Below, one piece after another: positions 19,075-28,900 of a DNA stretch of 43,859 bases; the first letter of the stretch is position 1, and each line of letters begins with the position of its first letter. Location of the stretch: positions 1 through 43,859 of IMG/VR virus record IMGVR_UViG_3300037483_000714. One strand, 5' to 3'. Position numbers and translations under genes: made by a program. Source of the DNA: a virus. Lineage: Duplodnaviria > Caudoviricetes. Under the pieces are notes generated by a model. It was given only the letters and a program-made list of their open reading frames with translations. It was not told where the DNA came from and searched no databases.

Positions 19075-19362
19075 ATGGCCGCAAAGGAGGACCAGAACTT
19101 GACGAAGGTCACCGAGGACATCGAGCCCTGGGTGCGGCGGATCGTGCAGTACACGGTCACTGAGCATGCCGAGAAATGCGCGGTCCGAGGTCGCGTCGAG
19201 CGGCTGGAGCTGAAGGTCTACGTCATGGTCGCCATGATGCTGGGCTCCGGTGGGGTGGGTGGGGTGATCGGCGCCGGGCTGGCCCAGGCGGGCGTGCTCG
19301 CCCCGGCCAAAGAGCTGGCCGGCCTCCTGCTGGATGCACTGAAGACAGTCATGGGAGCCTGA
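19075..19362 (+). CDS. Small membrane protein, holin candidate
   Basis: One hydrophobic segment (VYVMVAMMLGSGGVGGVIGAGLA). Confidence 0.45.
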   Translation: MAAKEDQNLTKVTEDIEPWVRRIVQYTVTEHAEKCAVRGRVERLELKVYVMVAMMLGSGGVGGVIGAGLAQAGVLAPAKELAGLLLDALKTVMGA

Positions 19363-19363
19363 C

Positions 19364-20185
19364 ATGAGAACGCGGGATCTGTGGGCGGTAATGGGCATGG
19401 CGGCCTGCATCGCGATGCTCTTCCTGCTGATGCTGGGAGCAGCCGGTTGCAGCGTCCTGGACCGTGCGGGCGGGCTGATAGGCATCGAGCGGACGGCGCC
19501 GGCGGTGGCGCCGGCCCCGCAGGCGACGCCCGAGCACCTCGAGCTGCGCAGCGCGGCGGCCGACTTCAGCGCACGCGTGCTGGCGCGGGTCTACGCGGTC
19601 GGCGCACAGGCCCGGGCCGCCCTGGTTGACCAGGCCCTGCGCGCGGCGGAGGCCGTCAGCGCGGACGTGGGCAAGCCGGCCGAGTCCTGGGTGCTGCCGC
19701 CGCTCGAAGCGGAAGGACCTCTACCAGCCGATGGCCCCGTGGCGGCGGTCGCCGTACGGCGGGCCGAGTCCGTTGAGTCCGCCCTGCTCGACTACTCGGC
19801 GGCCCTCGGCCAGGCGCGGCGCGAGAGGGCCGAGTGGGAAGAGGACGTCGGTCGGGCGGCCGCCACGCCGTCGCGCAGTTCCTGGCGCCTGAGCAGCCCG
19901 GCGCTCGGCACCTACCTGCTCTTCGGCATCGGCGGCGTGGGCGCCGCGCTCCTGGCGCTGGGCCGCTGGGCGTGGAAGTGGCGGAAGGTTGCGCTGCAGA
20001 TCATCCCCGGCGTGCAGGGCTTCGTCAACGCGGTGCCGACGGCGCAGAGCGCGCCCCTGCTCACGTCGCTCAGCATCTCAACGGACGCCGGCACCAAGAA
20101 GATTGTCACGGCAGTGCAGGAGGGCAGCGCGGCGATGGCGGCGACGCCGACGCCGGACAAGGTACTCCCGGGAGGTGCGTCATGA
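19364..20185 (+). CDS. Lipoprotein with C-terminal TM segment (unimolecular spanin candidate)
   Basis: Signal peptide ending LGAAG-C, helical middle, TM LGTYLLFGIGGVGAALLAL followed by basic residues. Confidence 0.5.
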   Translation: MRTRDLWAVMGMAACIAMLFLLMLGAAGCSVLDRAGGLIGIERTAPAVAPAPQATPEHLELRSAAADFSARVLARVYAVGAQARAALVDQALRAAEAVSADVGKPAESWVLPPLEAEGPLPADGPVAAVAVRRAESVESALLDYSAALGQARRERAEWEEDVGRAAATPSRSSWRLSSPALGTYLLFGIGGVGAALLALGRWAWKWRKVALQIIPGVQGFVNAVPTAQSAPLLTSLSISTDAGTKKIVTAVQEGSAAMAATPTPDKVLPGGAS

Positions 20186-20514
20186 ACGAGGAGTTCGAGC
20201 AATCGGCCCGCAGGCTGTGGCCGGACGATCCGGGGGCGTCGCCACAGCGGCTCAATGCGCCGCACGCGGTCAGCGTCTACATCACTGTGGGCGACGACGG
20301 CAAGGCGGTGCTCTCCGGCCGGGAGCCTATCGTGAGCCGCGTAATGGGCACGAAACGACGCGGGCTCTATCCCCGTCCGGGTGAATGGCTCTGGGTGCCC
20401 GGGCAGTGTCTGGAGGGGATCGACCACATCATGGGGTTCGTGCCGCCGCCGTGCGACCCGGTGGCGTGCACTCTGAGTGTAACGCCCCTGCCGGGCGAGA
20501 CCGCTGCCGGATGA
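20182..20514 (+). CDS. Hypothetical protein
   Basis: GGAGGT RBS; ATGA overlap. Confidence 0.55.
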   Translation: MNEEFEQSARRLWPDDPGASPQRLNAPHAVSVYITVGDDGKAVLSGREPIVSRVMGTKRRGLYPRPGEWLWVPGQCLEGIDHIMGFVPPPCDPVACTLSVTPLPGETAAG

Positions 20515-20556
20515 CGTGGGCGTGTAGGAACTGACTACTCTGGCTGGGAGGCACAG

Positions 20557-21114
20557 ATGAGTCCGATAGCACTGGATCCCGCGGCGCGGTTCGAGCTGGT
20601 GCTGCTGAGCGACCGGGACAAGCCGGACCCGCCGTCCTTCGTCTTCCGCCACCTGGCCGCGCGCGACTTTCGCGCGGTCGCGGCGGTCAGCGACCGGATG
20701 CAGGACCTGCCTGATGATGCCATAGGCCGGCTATGCGACGAGGTCGAGGACGCCCTGATGGTTGCCCTCGTCGATTGGCGGGGGATGGTGGACCCGGCGA
20801 CCGGGCGCGAGATCCCATTCAGCCGCGAGGAGCTGGACCGGGTCCTGACCCTGACCGAGATGCTCGAGCTGCTGACGCGGCTGCCCGAGGCCATGTCGCT
20901 GGGGCCACCGGAAAAAAAAGGCTCCAGGTCGCAGTCGCCCTCCAACACGGAAAGTTCTGCACCGACTGCGACCCCGGACGCTGCGGAGGGAAGCTCAGAG
21001 AGTGGGCCGGCTATGCCCCTGAACTCATCTGTCCGGAGTGCGAGGGGCGCGGTCAGCCCGCCCCCGAACGGCCCGGATGTCCCCACTGCCGGCCGGACGG
21101 TTACTGGGAGCTGA
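20557..21114 (+). CDS. Tail assembly chaperone (gpG-like)
   Basis: Lies upstream of the tape measure gene; contains slippery GGAAAAAAAAG. Confidence 0.78.
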   Translation: MSPIALDPAARFELVLLSDRDKPDPPSFVFRHLAARDFRAVAAVSDRMQDLPDDAIGRLCDEVEDALMVALVDWRGMVDPATGREIPFSREELDRVLTLTEMLELLTRLPEAMSLGPPEKKGSRSQSPSNTESSAPTATPDAAEGSSESGPAMPLNSSVRSARGAVSPPPNGPDVPTAGRTVTGS

Positions 21115-21320
21115 CGCAGTGCCCGCTCGAGTACATCGAGAGGGAGGATTGGACAGTGATTGAGTTTGCCGGCTACGCGGAACGGGGCGCCTGGCCCGTG
21201 GCGGGGGGGACGCTCGACCAGGCGCAGCAGTTCCTCGAAGCCGTCCGGTTCGTCTGGCGCGAGCAGCGCCACTGGCGGGCGGAGGCCGGCATTCCCTGGT
21301 GGCTGATGATGGGAGCATAG
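20910..21320 (+). CDS. -1 frameshift extension of tail chaperone (gpGT-like), Cys-rich
   Basis: -1 frame is open from the slippery site to 21320, 3 nt before the TMP start; WPVAGGTLDQ motif. Confidence 0.75.
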   Translation, partial: GKKRLQVAVALQHGKFCTDCDPGRCGGKLREWAGYAPELICPECEGRGQPAPERPGCPHCRPDGYWELTQCPLEYIEREDWTVIEFAGYAERGAWPVAGGTLDQAQQFLEAVRFVWREQRHWRAEAGIPWWLMMGA

Positions 21321-21323
21321 CGG

Positions 21324-22838
21324 ATGGCCAAGAGCGTTGACATCATCGTCCAGGCCCATGACCGGATGCAGGGGTTCGACCGCGCGGAGAAGCGGTTGAA
21401 CCGCTTCGGTATGGGTGTGAAGCGGCTGGCCATGGGCGTGGCGGGCGCCTTCGGCCTCTACCTGGGGGGGCGGGCCATTGCCTCCCAGATGCGGGCCAGC
21501 CTCGAGGCCTTCGGCGAACAGGAGCAGGCCATCGCCAAGCTCAACCAGGCGCTCCAGGACCTGGGCGCGGGCGGTCAACTCGCCGGGATGCAGGCGTACG
21601 CCGCCGAGCTGCAGAAACTCACCACCGTCGGCGATGAGGCCGCGCTCGGCATGATGCAGCTCGGGGCGAGCATCGGCCGGCTCTCGGGCGAGCAGCTCAA
21701 GAAGGCCACGCAGGCCGCCATAGGGTTCTCGAAGGCCTACGGCATGGAACTGAACGCCGCTATGCTGCTGGTCGCCAAGGCCGCCCAGGGCAACTCGGAG
21801 GCACTGAGCCGCTACGGCATCCAGCTCGACAAGGGACTGAGCGACCAGGAGAAGTTCAACGAGGTCCTGCGGCGGGGTGCGGAGGCGTTCCGGGTGGCGG
21901 AAGCGGAGGCCGGCACGTACAGCGGCCGGATGGCCCAGCTCAAGAACGCCCTGGGCGACGTGCGGGAGGAGATCGGCGCCCGCCTGGCGCCGCTCGTGAA
22001 GTCCTTCGCAGAGAGCATCCTGAAGCACAAGACCGTGATCGTCGCCTTTGCCGAGGGGCTCATGGAGGGCTTCCGCAACATCGCGCGGGTGGCCGTCGAG
22101 TCCTTCACGATGATCGAGGTAGTGGTCGGGAACTGGAAGGCTATCCTCAAGGGCGCGATTTCCTTCCTGGCCGCCGCCTTCCTGGGCTGGTTCGAGGACA
22201 TCAAGCACTGGTTCACCGTCGCCCTCCCGCGCTACATCGAGTGGTTCGCCGACAACTGGGTCGACGTCCTGCACTCCGCCATCACGGCGATCGGCGCGGG
22301 ATTCAAAAACTTTGCCTCCAACGTGGTCAACATCTTCAAGAACCTCCCCGACCTGATCAGCGGCAACATGAAGCTGGCCGACCTGTGGACCCCGCTGCTC
22401 GACGGATGGCAGGCGACCTTCGAGGCGCTGCCCGAGATCGCCGACCGCCAGCTCACGGAGATGGAGCGCAAGCTGTTGATGAACGCCGTGGAGGCCGGCA
22501 CGAACATCGCTGACGAGTACGGCAGGAAGGTCCAGGAGCGGCTCGCCGCCCTCGGCTTGAGCGGCCAGTTCCGTCCCGGCGCGCCTGGCGGGCTTGGCGG
22601 CGGCGCACCGCCCGGCGAGGCCGGGGCGGCCGGCAAGGCCGCCGCCTACCGGCCGCTGAAGGCGCTGGAGTCCCTGCTGGCCCTGCGCGCACCCGGCCAG
22701 GACCCGATGGCGCGGCAGGTTGAACTCAGCAAGCGGATGGTGGCCGCACTCGAGAAGATCGAGCAGCACACCGCCACGACCGAAGAGAACACGAAGCCCC
22801 AGACAGGCGGGGGATGGGAACCCGCGCCCGTCTACTGA
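21324..22838 (+). CDS. Tape measure protein
   Basis: Helical, Ala-rich; ELQKLTT.GDE, LSRYGI, QLKNALGDVREEIG. Confidence 0.88.
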   Translation: MAKSVDIIVQAHDRMQGFDRAEKRLNRFGMGVKRLAMGVAGAFGLYLGGRAIASQMRASLEAFGEQEQAIAKLNQALQDLGAGGQLAGMQAYAAELQKLTTVGDEAALGMMQLGASIGRLSGEQLKKATQAAIGFSKAYGMELNAAMLLVAKAAQGNSEALSRYGIQLDKGLSDQEKFNEVLRRGAEAFRVAEAEAGTYSGRMAQLKNALGDVREEIGARLAPLVKSFAESILKHKTVIVAFAEGLMEGFRNIARVAVESFTMIEVVVGNWKAILKGAISFLAAAFLGWFEDIKHWFTVALPRYIEWFADNWVDVLHSAITAIGAGFKNFASNVVNIFKNLPDLISGNMKLADLWTPLLDGWQATFEALPEIADRQLTEMERKLLMNAVEAGTNIADEYGRKVQERLAALGLSGQFRPGAPGGLGGGAPPGEAGAAGKAAAYRPLKALESLLALRAPGQDPMARQVELSKRMVAALEKIEQHTATTEENTKPQTGGGWEPAPVY

Positions 22839-22849
22839 GGGAGGCCCCG

Positions 22850-23743
22850 ATGAGCGTCGTGAACGTCAAGCGCGACCCGAAGGGGACGGTCGGTCCGGTC
22901 TACACGCCGGAGGGCGCGACCGCGCAGAAGCGGTGGACCGTGCTGCTGGACGGCGCGGACGGCATCGACGATGCGCCGATCGCGGCGGCCGGCGCCACGA
23001 CTGTCGCCAGGCTCTACGAGTCGTGGTCCGCCACCGAGCCCTGGCTGCGGTGCACCCAGATACACCCCGAGCCGGTCAGTCCCTTCACGCTCTGGACCGT
23101 CACGTGCCAGTACGCGACGGGCCCGCAGAGCGAGGACCCGCTGAACGAACCGCCCGACGTGTCGGACGACTCGATCTCGCTCAGGGAGCTGCTCGAGTAC
23201 GACCGCAACGGGACGCTGATCGCGAACACGGCCGGGGACCCCATCGAGGTGGAGGAGGACATTCTGCTGACGGTGCTGCGGATCGGCCGGAACGTCTCCA
23301 GCCACAGCTACACCGCGACGGCGCGCTACCGCAACAGCGTCAACCAGATGCCGACCCTCGATGCCCCGCCCGAATGCCTGTGGATGAAGGACCTGCGCGC
23401 GAGCAAGATCATCACGCCGGGCCTGCGCTACTGGCGGGAGGAGTTCGAAATCGTGTTCAACCACCTGCGGCAGCCGACGGGGGAGACGGCCCTGAACGCG
23501 CCGTCCAGCGGCTACATCGGCTGGTCGCGCCGGGTGGCCAACCTGGGCCGGCGCGTCTGGCAAGAGGTCGACGGCGGATGGGAACTGGTCAACCTTCAGG
23601 CCAGGGGCGAGCCGCTCAGCGAGCCCGTCCCGCTGACCTCTGACGGCACGGCGGCGCTCGACAAGGGCGCGGCCACCATCTGGCTCTACTTCAACACCAA
23701 GCCCGTGGCGGACTGGTCGGGACTGAGGCTGAGCCTGCGATGA
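22850..23743 (+). CDS. Tail tip/distal tail protein
   Basis: Immediately after TMP; NTAGDP, YRNSVN, EPVPL..DG motifs. Confidence 0.6.
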   Translation: MSVVNVKRDPKGTVGPVYTPEGATAQKRWTVLLDGADGIDDAPIAAAGATTVARLYESWSATEPWLRCTQIHPEPVSPFTLWTVTCQYATGPQSEDPLNEPPDVSDDSISLRELLEYDRNGTLIANTAGDPIEVEEDILLTVLRIGRNVSSHSYTATARYRNSVNQMPTLDAPPECLWMKDLRASKIITPGLRYWREEFEIVFNHLRQPTGETALNAPSSGYIGWSRRVANLGRRVWQEVDGGWELVNLQARGEPLSEPVPLTSDGTAALDKGAATIWLYFNTKPVADWSGLRLSLR

Positions 23744-24216
23744 TCACGCGACTGACACCGCGCATGGTGCGGGACGTGCTGGACCTGCTGCAGGCGTTCC
23801 GGCGCGGGGAGTTGTCCGCCCGGCCGACCGGACTGCGCAGGGGGGAGATGCCCCTGGTGCAGAGCGCCTTCGGCCGACTCTACATGGTCGTGAGCGTGGA
23901 GGGGGGCGGATGCAGCGTGGCGATGCCGGACGAGGACGGGGACCCGGCGAGCGGCACGGAGCTGGCGGGCGTGCTGTACGATCCGGACGCCGTTCCGGCC
24001 GAGGGCGACCTGGGCCAGGTCCTGCGTCTCAGCAACGGCAGCCTGTACTTTCATCCGGGGGGTGGCGGCGTGGTCCGTCGTCTCAGCTTGAACGGAGGCC
24101 TGGCTGCCGACAGCATCGACATTCCGGCCACGGCCAAGATCGGCTTCATCGGGTTGACCGTGGACGCGAATGGCGAACCCGTCATCGACTTCACGACCGA
24201 GTGCTACGAGGTCTGA
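23740..24216 (+). CDS. Putative tail protein
   Basis: Coupled ORF in the tail operon. Confidence 0.55.
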   Translation: MITRLTPRMVRDVLDLLQAFRRGELSARPTGLRRGEMPLVQSAFGRLYMVVSVEGGGCSVAMPDEDGDPASGTELAGVLYDPDAVPAEGDLGQVLRLSNGSLYFHPGGGGVVRRLSLNGGLAADSIDIPATAKIGFIGLTVDANGEPVIDFTTECYEV

Positions 24217-24217
24217 G

Positions 24218-24880
24218 ATGGGTTGCGTTGAGACAGCAGTGGCGAATCTGATCGCGGAGGTGAACGTAGTCGTGGATTGCTACACCACGCGCGGGTGCGC
24301 CCTGTCGCCTGTGGCTACGGAGCATGGGTGTGTGGCCGACGTGATCCAGGCCATCGAAGAAACCATCGAGGCGATCACGGAGTGCGAGGAGTACAACGGC
24401 GGTTATGTCTTCCATGCTGAGGACTTTAGCGGTTGCCTGGACGCCGTGGTGGATGCTGTGGGCGAGATGAATCTCGGCTGCAGGACGCCGTGCAACGGGT
24501 GCGCCCCGCCGATACCGGATACGCTGTATGTGACGTTTGCTAACCTGGAAGGGGACTTCGCGCCGTGGAATGGCAAGCACACCCTTACGTGGTACACGGG
24601 GTGCGAGTGGTATGACGACCCAACATATGCACTTATCCCCGGACCTTACATTCGGCTCTATTGGGCTGGCGGGAACAATCGTTGGAGGATCTGGCTTGTC
24701 AAGAGGAACGAAGGAGACAACCCACTTGATTGCCTGATTCTCTGGCAAAGCGACAGTACGGGTAACACCTGCGCGCCTTCGGATGACTACTCAGTAACAA
24801 CCTGTTGGCCCGTGGGATGTACGGATACAGACTCATGTGCTAATATAGCAAACGCGACATGCGTGGTGAGCCTGACATGA
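24218..24880 (+). CDS. Cys-rich putative tail-tip protein with low-GC C-terminal half
   Basis: Many Cys residues; GC drops markedly from ~24520 to 24880. Confidence 0.6.
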   Translation: MGCVETAVANLIAEVNVVVDCYTTRGCALSPVATEHGCVADVIQAIEETIEAITECEEYNGGYVFHAEDFSGCLDAVVDAVGEMNLGCRTPCNGCAPPIPDTLYVTFANLEGDFAPWNGKHTLTWYTGCEWYDDPTYALIPGPYIRLYWAGGNNRWRIWLVKRNEGDNPLDCLILWQSDSTGNTCAPSDDYSVTTCWPVGCTDTDSCANIANATCVVSLT

Positions 24881-25218
24881 CCTGCGCGAGTTGCCAAGGC
24901 ATGCGATTCGCGCTCCAGTGCCGCAACAGCGCGGCGTGGCGGAAGGCGCAAGGGGCACCGGAGGTGTGCCCTCACGGCCTGCGCATCGGCCATTCGCCGG
25001 ATGGGGTCAAGCGGGGGGACTATGCCGCGCCGCAAGCGGCGCTTACAGCCGAGGCAGTCGCCTCGGCGCGGGGACAGAGGCCGGACCGGCCGGCCTGCGC
25101 GCACCTGACGGTGCTGCCCGGTGGCGGCTGCTGCGACTGGGAGTTCATCTGCGGCCGGGATGGCGGCCGGCGCGAGATCCAGCCGACCGAATGTGCGACG
25201 TGCGATGACCGAAAGTGA
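24877..25218 (+). CDS. Cys-rich hypothetical protein
   Basis: CxxC...CPHG...CC...CxxC; ATGA overlap. Confidence 0.55.
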   Translation: MTCASCQGMRFALQCRNSAAWRKAQGAPEVCPHGLRIGHSPDGVKRGDYAAPQAALTAEAVASARGQRPDRPACAHLTVLPGGGCCDWEFICGRDGGRREIQPTECATCDDRK

Positions 25219-25345
25219 CAACTGACAACTGACAACCCCGCCAGAGGCGGGCAAGTCTCAACTAACAAACAGAGGCCCGGCTTCGTTCGCCGTGCGGCGA
25301 ACTACGCCGTGGCGAAACACTGACGTGTTTCGGAGGGACTGACCG

Positions 25346-25954
25346 ATGGTGACCAAGATGTTCGACGATTCTGTGATGGACGCCGCGCTGGACGTGATCG
25401 AGACCGCTGACGGCCTCTCGCTCTGCGAGGACATGCCGGCCAGCTATGCCGAGGCCACCACGGCCAAGGGCAGCGGCGGCAAGAAGCTGGGCGACGACAG
25501 CCCCGGCGCGTTCACCCAGGCGAACGGCGACGTCTCGGGGCGCAAGACCACGATGGCCGCGGTGGCCGGCGTCGCCGTGGACGTGACCGGCGCATGGGAC
25601 TACATCGCGCTGACGAAGGCAGCCGGCAGCGTGCTGGTGGCCGCCCTGCCGCTGTCGAACGCGCCGATCACGGCCATCGACCAGGGCACCAAGACGATCA
25701 CGGTGACGGGCGACGTGTCCGCCGTCTGCATTGAGGGGAAGGTTGTGACGGTGCGCGACTCGACGGGCAACGACGGCGTCTACATCGTGGTCAGTTCGAG
25801 CTACGGCGCTCCGAGCACGGCGGTCGTGGTGGAGGAGGCCCTGGCCAGCGCGACGGCTGACGGCATCCTGATCTACGGCGCGCAATCCGTGACGAGCGGG
25901 AACACGGCGACGGTGAACGAGACGAAGGTGGACGAGATCCGCGACCCGGCGTGA
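25346..25954 (+). CDS. Virion structural protein
   Basis: GGAGG RBS; D.ALD.I...LC...P.SYAEA...GDVSGRK beta-rich pattern. Confidence 0.65.
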   Translation: MVTKMFDDSVMDAALDVIETADGLSLCEDMPASYAEATTAKGSGGKKLGDDSPGAFTQANGDVSGRKTTMAAVAGVAVDVTGAWDYIALTKAAGSVLVAALPLSNAPITAIDQGTKTITVTGDVSAVCIEGKVVTVRDSTGNDGVYIVVSSSYGAPSTAVVVEEALASATADGILIYGAQSVTSGNTATVNETKVDEIRDPA

Positions 25955-25973
25955 CCAGCAAAGGCACTGAGCG

Positions 25974-28900
25974 ATGGCTGACGTAGCAGCCCATCTGGCC
26001 TACCCGGCGGAGAAGGTCAGCGCCGCCGAGCGCTACCGCTACGCCTACGGGGTCTTCGAGGCACTGCGCCTGAAGCACAACACGCGGGCGGGGGACTTGG
26101 GGCCGGAGGCGGTGGCCTTCCGTGCGGAGTGTATGCGGCATCTGCGGCGCGCCCAGGCTGACATCCTCGCCCTGCGGCCGGCCGTCGCTACGCCAGACTG
26201 GAAGGGCACCAAGGATGACTACGCCGACCCGGCCCTGGAACTGGCGAAGGCGGAAGGAAAATCCGCGCAGCGGGACGCGGACCTGAAGTCTGCCATCGGC
26301 GTGGACCTGGACGCCTTCCGCGCTATCGCGGAGTTGCCGCCCGATCCGCTGGAGGTCTTCACGTCCTACACGGAGGTCGACGAGACAGGCTGCGTGACGG
26401 CGGCCACCAACACCGTCACGGCGACGGGCATCAACCGCAACGAGGACTCGGCCCTCTACGACGACAAGGGTGCCGGGGCGCTGACAAACTTTCTGCATCG
26501 TCTGCACTTCAAGCCGACGTGGATAGCCCAGAACAGCGCCTGCTGCTCCTGGGCCGTCTCGAACGTCGTCAACACATCGAACTACTGGAAGCTCAACTCC
26601 AGCCAGGCCCTCGACTTCCAGGTCTACTCGCTGGCGGGCAGCACCTACCGCGCCGACCTGCGCAACGAGGAAACGGACACATACGACCGCTGGTCCGGGC
26701 CGACCAATAACACGGACTACTATCCCGCAGCGTGGAAGGACGGCAGCACGGCCGGACTGGACGCCTACTCGGACTCCGACCGGACCGTGCTCGTCGATGC
26801 CCTGACGGTCACCGTCGTACGCGAGCGGACCTACCGGTATGTCTTCCCGCTCAGATCGGTCGACTACAACCTCAATGCCACGATGACGCTCGTGAGTTCC
26901 AATCTGGACCTCCAGCACACGGGGCACTACTACCTCGACGTAGACGGCGACGGGGCGACGGGGCAGTGGACCAAGAACGGTGCAGCCACGTCCTGGGAGT
27001 GCCTGGAGCCTGACATCTACCCGCCGGACGTGCCAAACTTCGCAGCGGGCACATCGCTGACGTCCAACAGCAACGGCCAGGTCGTCGAGATGACGCTGGA
27101 GACGTTCACGCTCCCGGCCGGCACGGAGGCCACCGAGATCATGTTCCCCGTCAACTGCTACGCCTCGGGGGCGGGCGGGGACAACATCCAGATTCAACTT
27201 TACGACGGCGCCTCCTGGCAGGCGGCCCAGGACCTGGACCCTGACACGAGTTACGGCTGGGTCTACGCGACGTTCAGCGGCCTGCACATGGACCAGACGG
27301 CGGTCAACGCCGGGCAGGTGCGGTTCATCAGCGTCATTCCGATAGGCGGCGGGGTCGGCATCGAGGCCGGGCCGGCGCGGGTGACGGTTGCGGCGGTCGA
27401 GGGCGAGAGCTATGAGGCCGACGTGGACGGCGGCGTGCAGCTGCAGGTCCCCGGAGCGGTCGCGGGGACGCAGGCGCACGCGGCCGACGTGGATGGCGGC
27501 GTGCAGGTGCAGGCGCCGGGCGCGGCCAGCGGGACGCAAGCGCACGCGGCCGACGTCGACGGCGGCGTGCAGGCGCAGGCGCCGGGCGATCCGTCCGGGC
27601 AGGAGGACTCCGGGGAGGTCAGCGCCGACGTGGACGGCGGCGTGCAGCTGCAGGTGCCCGGCCAGGCCGGCGGGACGCAGGCGCACGCGGCCGACGTGGA
27701 CGGGGGCGTGCAGCTGCAGGCGCCGGGCGCGGCCGGCGGGACGCAGGCGCACGCGGCCGACGTGGACGGGGGCGTGCAGGTGCAGGCGCCGGGCGATCCG
27801 TCCGGGCAGGAGGACTCCGAGGCGGTGAGCGCCGACGTGGACGGCGGCGTGCAGGCGCAGGTGCCGGGTGACGCGGAGGGCCACGTCGAGGTTGCCCTGC
27901 TGCTCTCCGTGCCGGTCTCGACTCTGCGGCGCCTGAGCTGGGCGATGGGGGGCACCGTCTACGTTGTCATCGACGGCGCGCTCGCGGCGGAGAGCGCGGA
28001 GGGCTACGTCGACCTGGCGGCCGATGTTGTAGCGCGTGGCATCCTGGTGGCCTACGCCGAGCTGTTCACGCCCCTGCCGACGCCGCGCGACGAAGTGCTG
28101 CTGACCGTCAGCGGAGACCCCGTCCTCCACCACATCGAGCGGCGGCCGAGCGGCGGGAGCTGGGGCGAGATCGCCGCGATCCTCGGGGACAGCTACCGGG
28201 ACGGGCCGCTCGACGACGGGGACTACGACTACCGGGCGGTGGCCGAGGACGAGGAGGGCGACGAGGCGACGGGCAACACGCAGAGCGTCACCATCTCCTC
28301 GATGCCCGACCCGCCGAGCGGGCTGGACTACGAATGGGACGGGGAGACGCAGACGCTTGTGGTGTCCTGGACGGCCAGTCCGAGCGCCGACGTGGCCAGC
28401 TACCGCGTCCGCTCCAGCGCCGGCGACGAACTGCTCGAACTGACGGCCGCGCCGGTGCAGGAGTCCGCCGGCCTCACGTGGACGAAGGTCTTCACGGACG
28501 AGACCGGGCAGTGGATCGTGAACGTCCGGGCCGTGGACGCCGACGGCAACGAAGAGGCGAACATCAGCCGGACGATCAGCCTGACCTTCACCGCCGGCCT
28601 GCTCGTGGCCGCGCCCGTCGAGCCGGACTCCGTCTGCGCCGTGGCCGCGTCGGGCGGGAAGATCGAGGTCGGCTGGCTCTACCGGCCCTGGAAGGAGGCC
28701 CCGCCGGGCACCGGCGCGGCCTACGAGGCGCGCGTCTACGGCGACTCCGGCACGGGCACGGTGGACTGGGACACACCGCTGGACACCGTCCTGATGGACG
28801 GTCCTACGTCGGAGGCGGCCTATGCCTGGACCAGCGGCGCGCTGACGGACGGGGTGACCTACCGATTCGGCGTGCGCATCGCCACGGCGGCCTGGCCGGA

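Noticed and set aside
5929-28133. Long antisense and alternate-frame ORFs (e.g. 9252-10901, 12781-14595, 20535-22769, 25791-28133)
   Set aside because: Shadow ORFs expected at ~70% GC; they overlap well-supported genes and have Arg/Pro-rich non-protein-like composition
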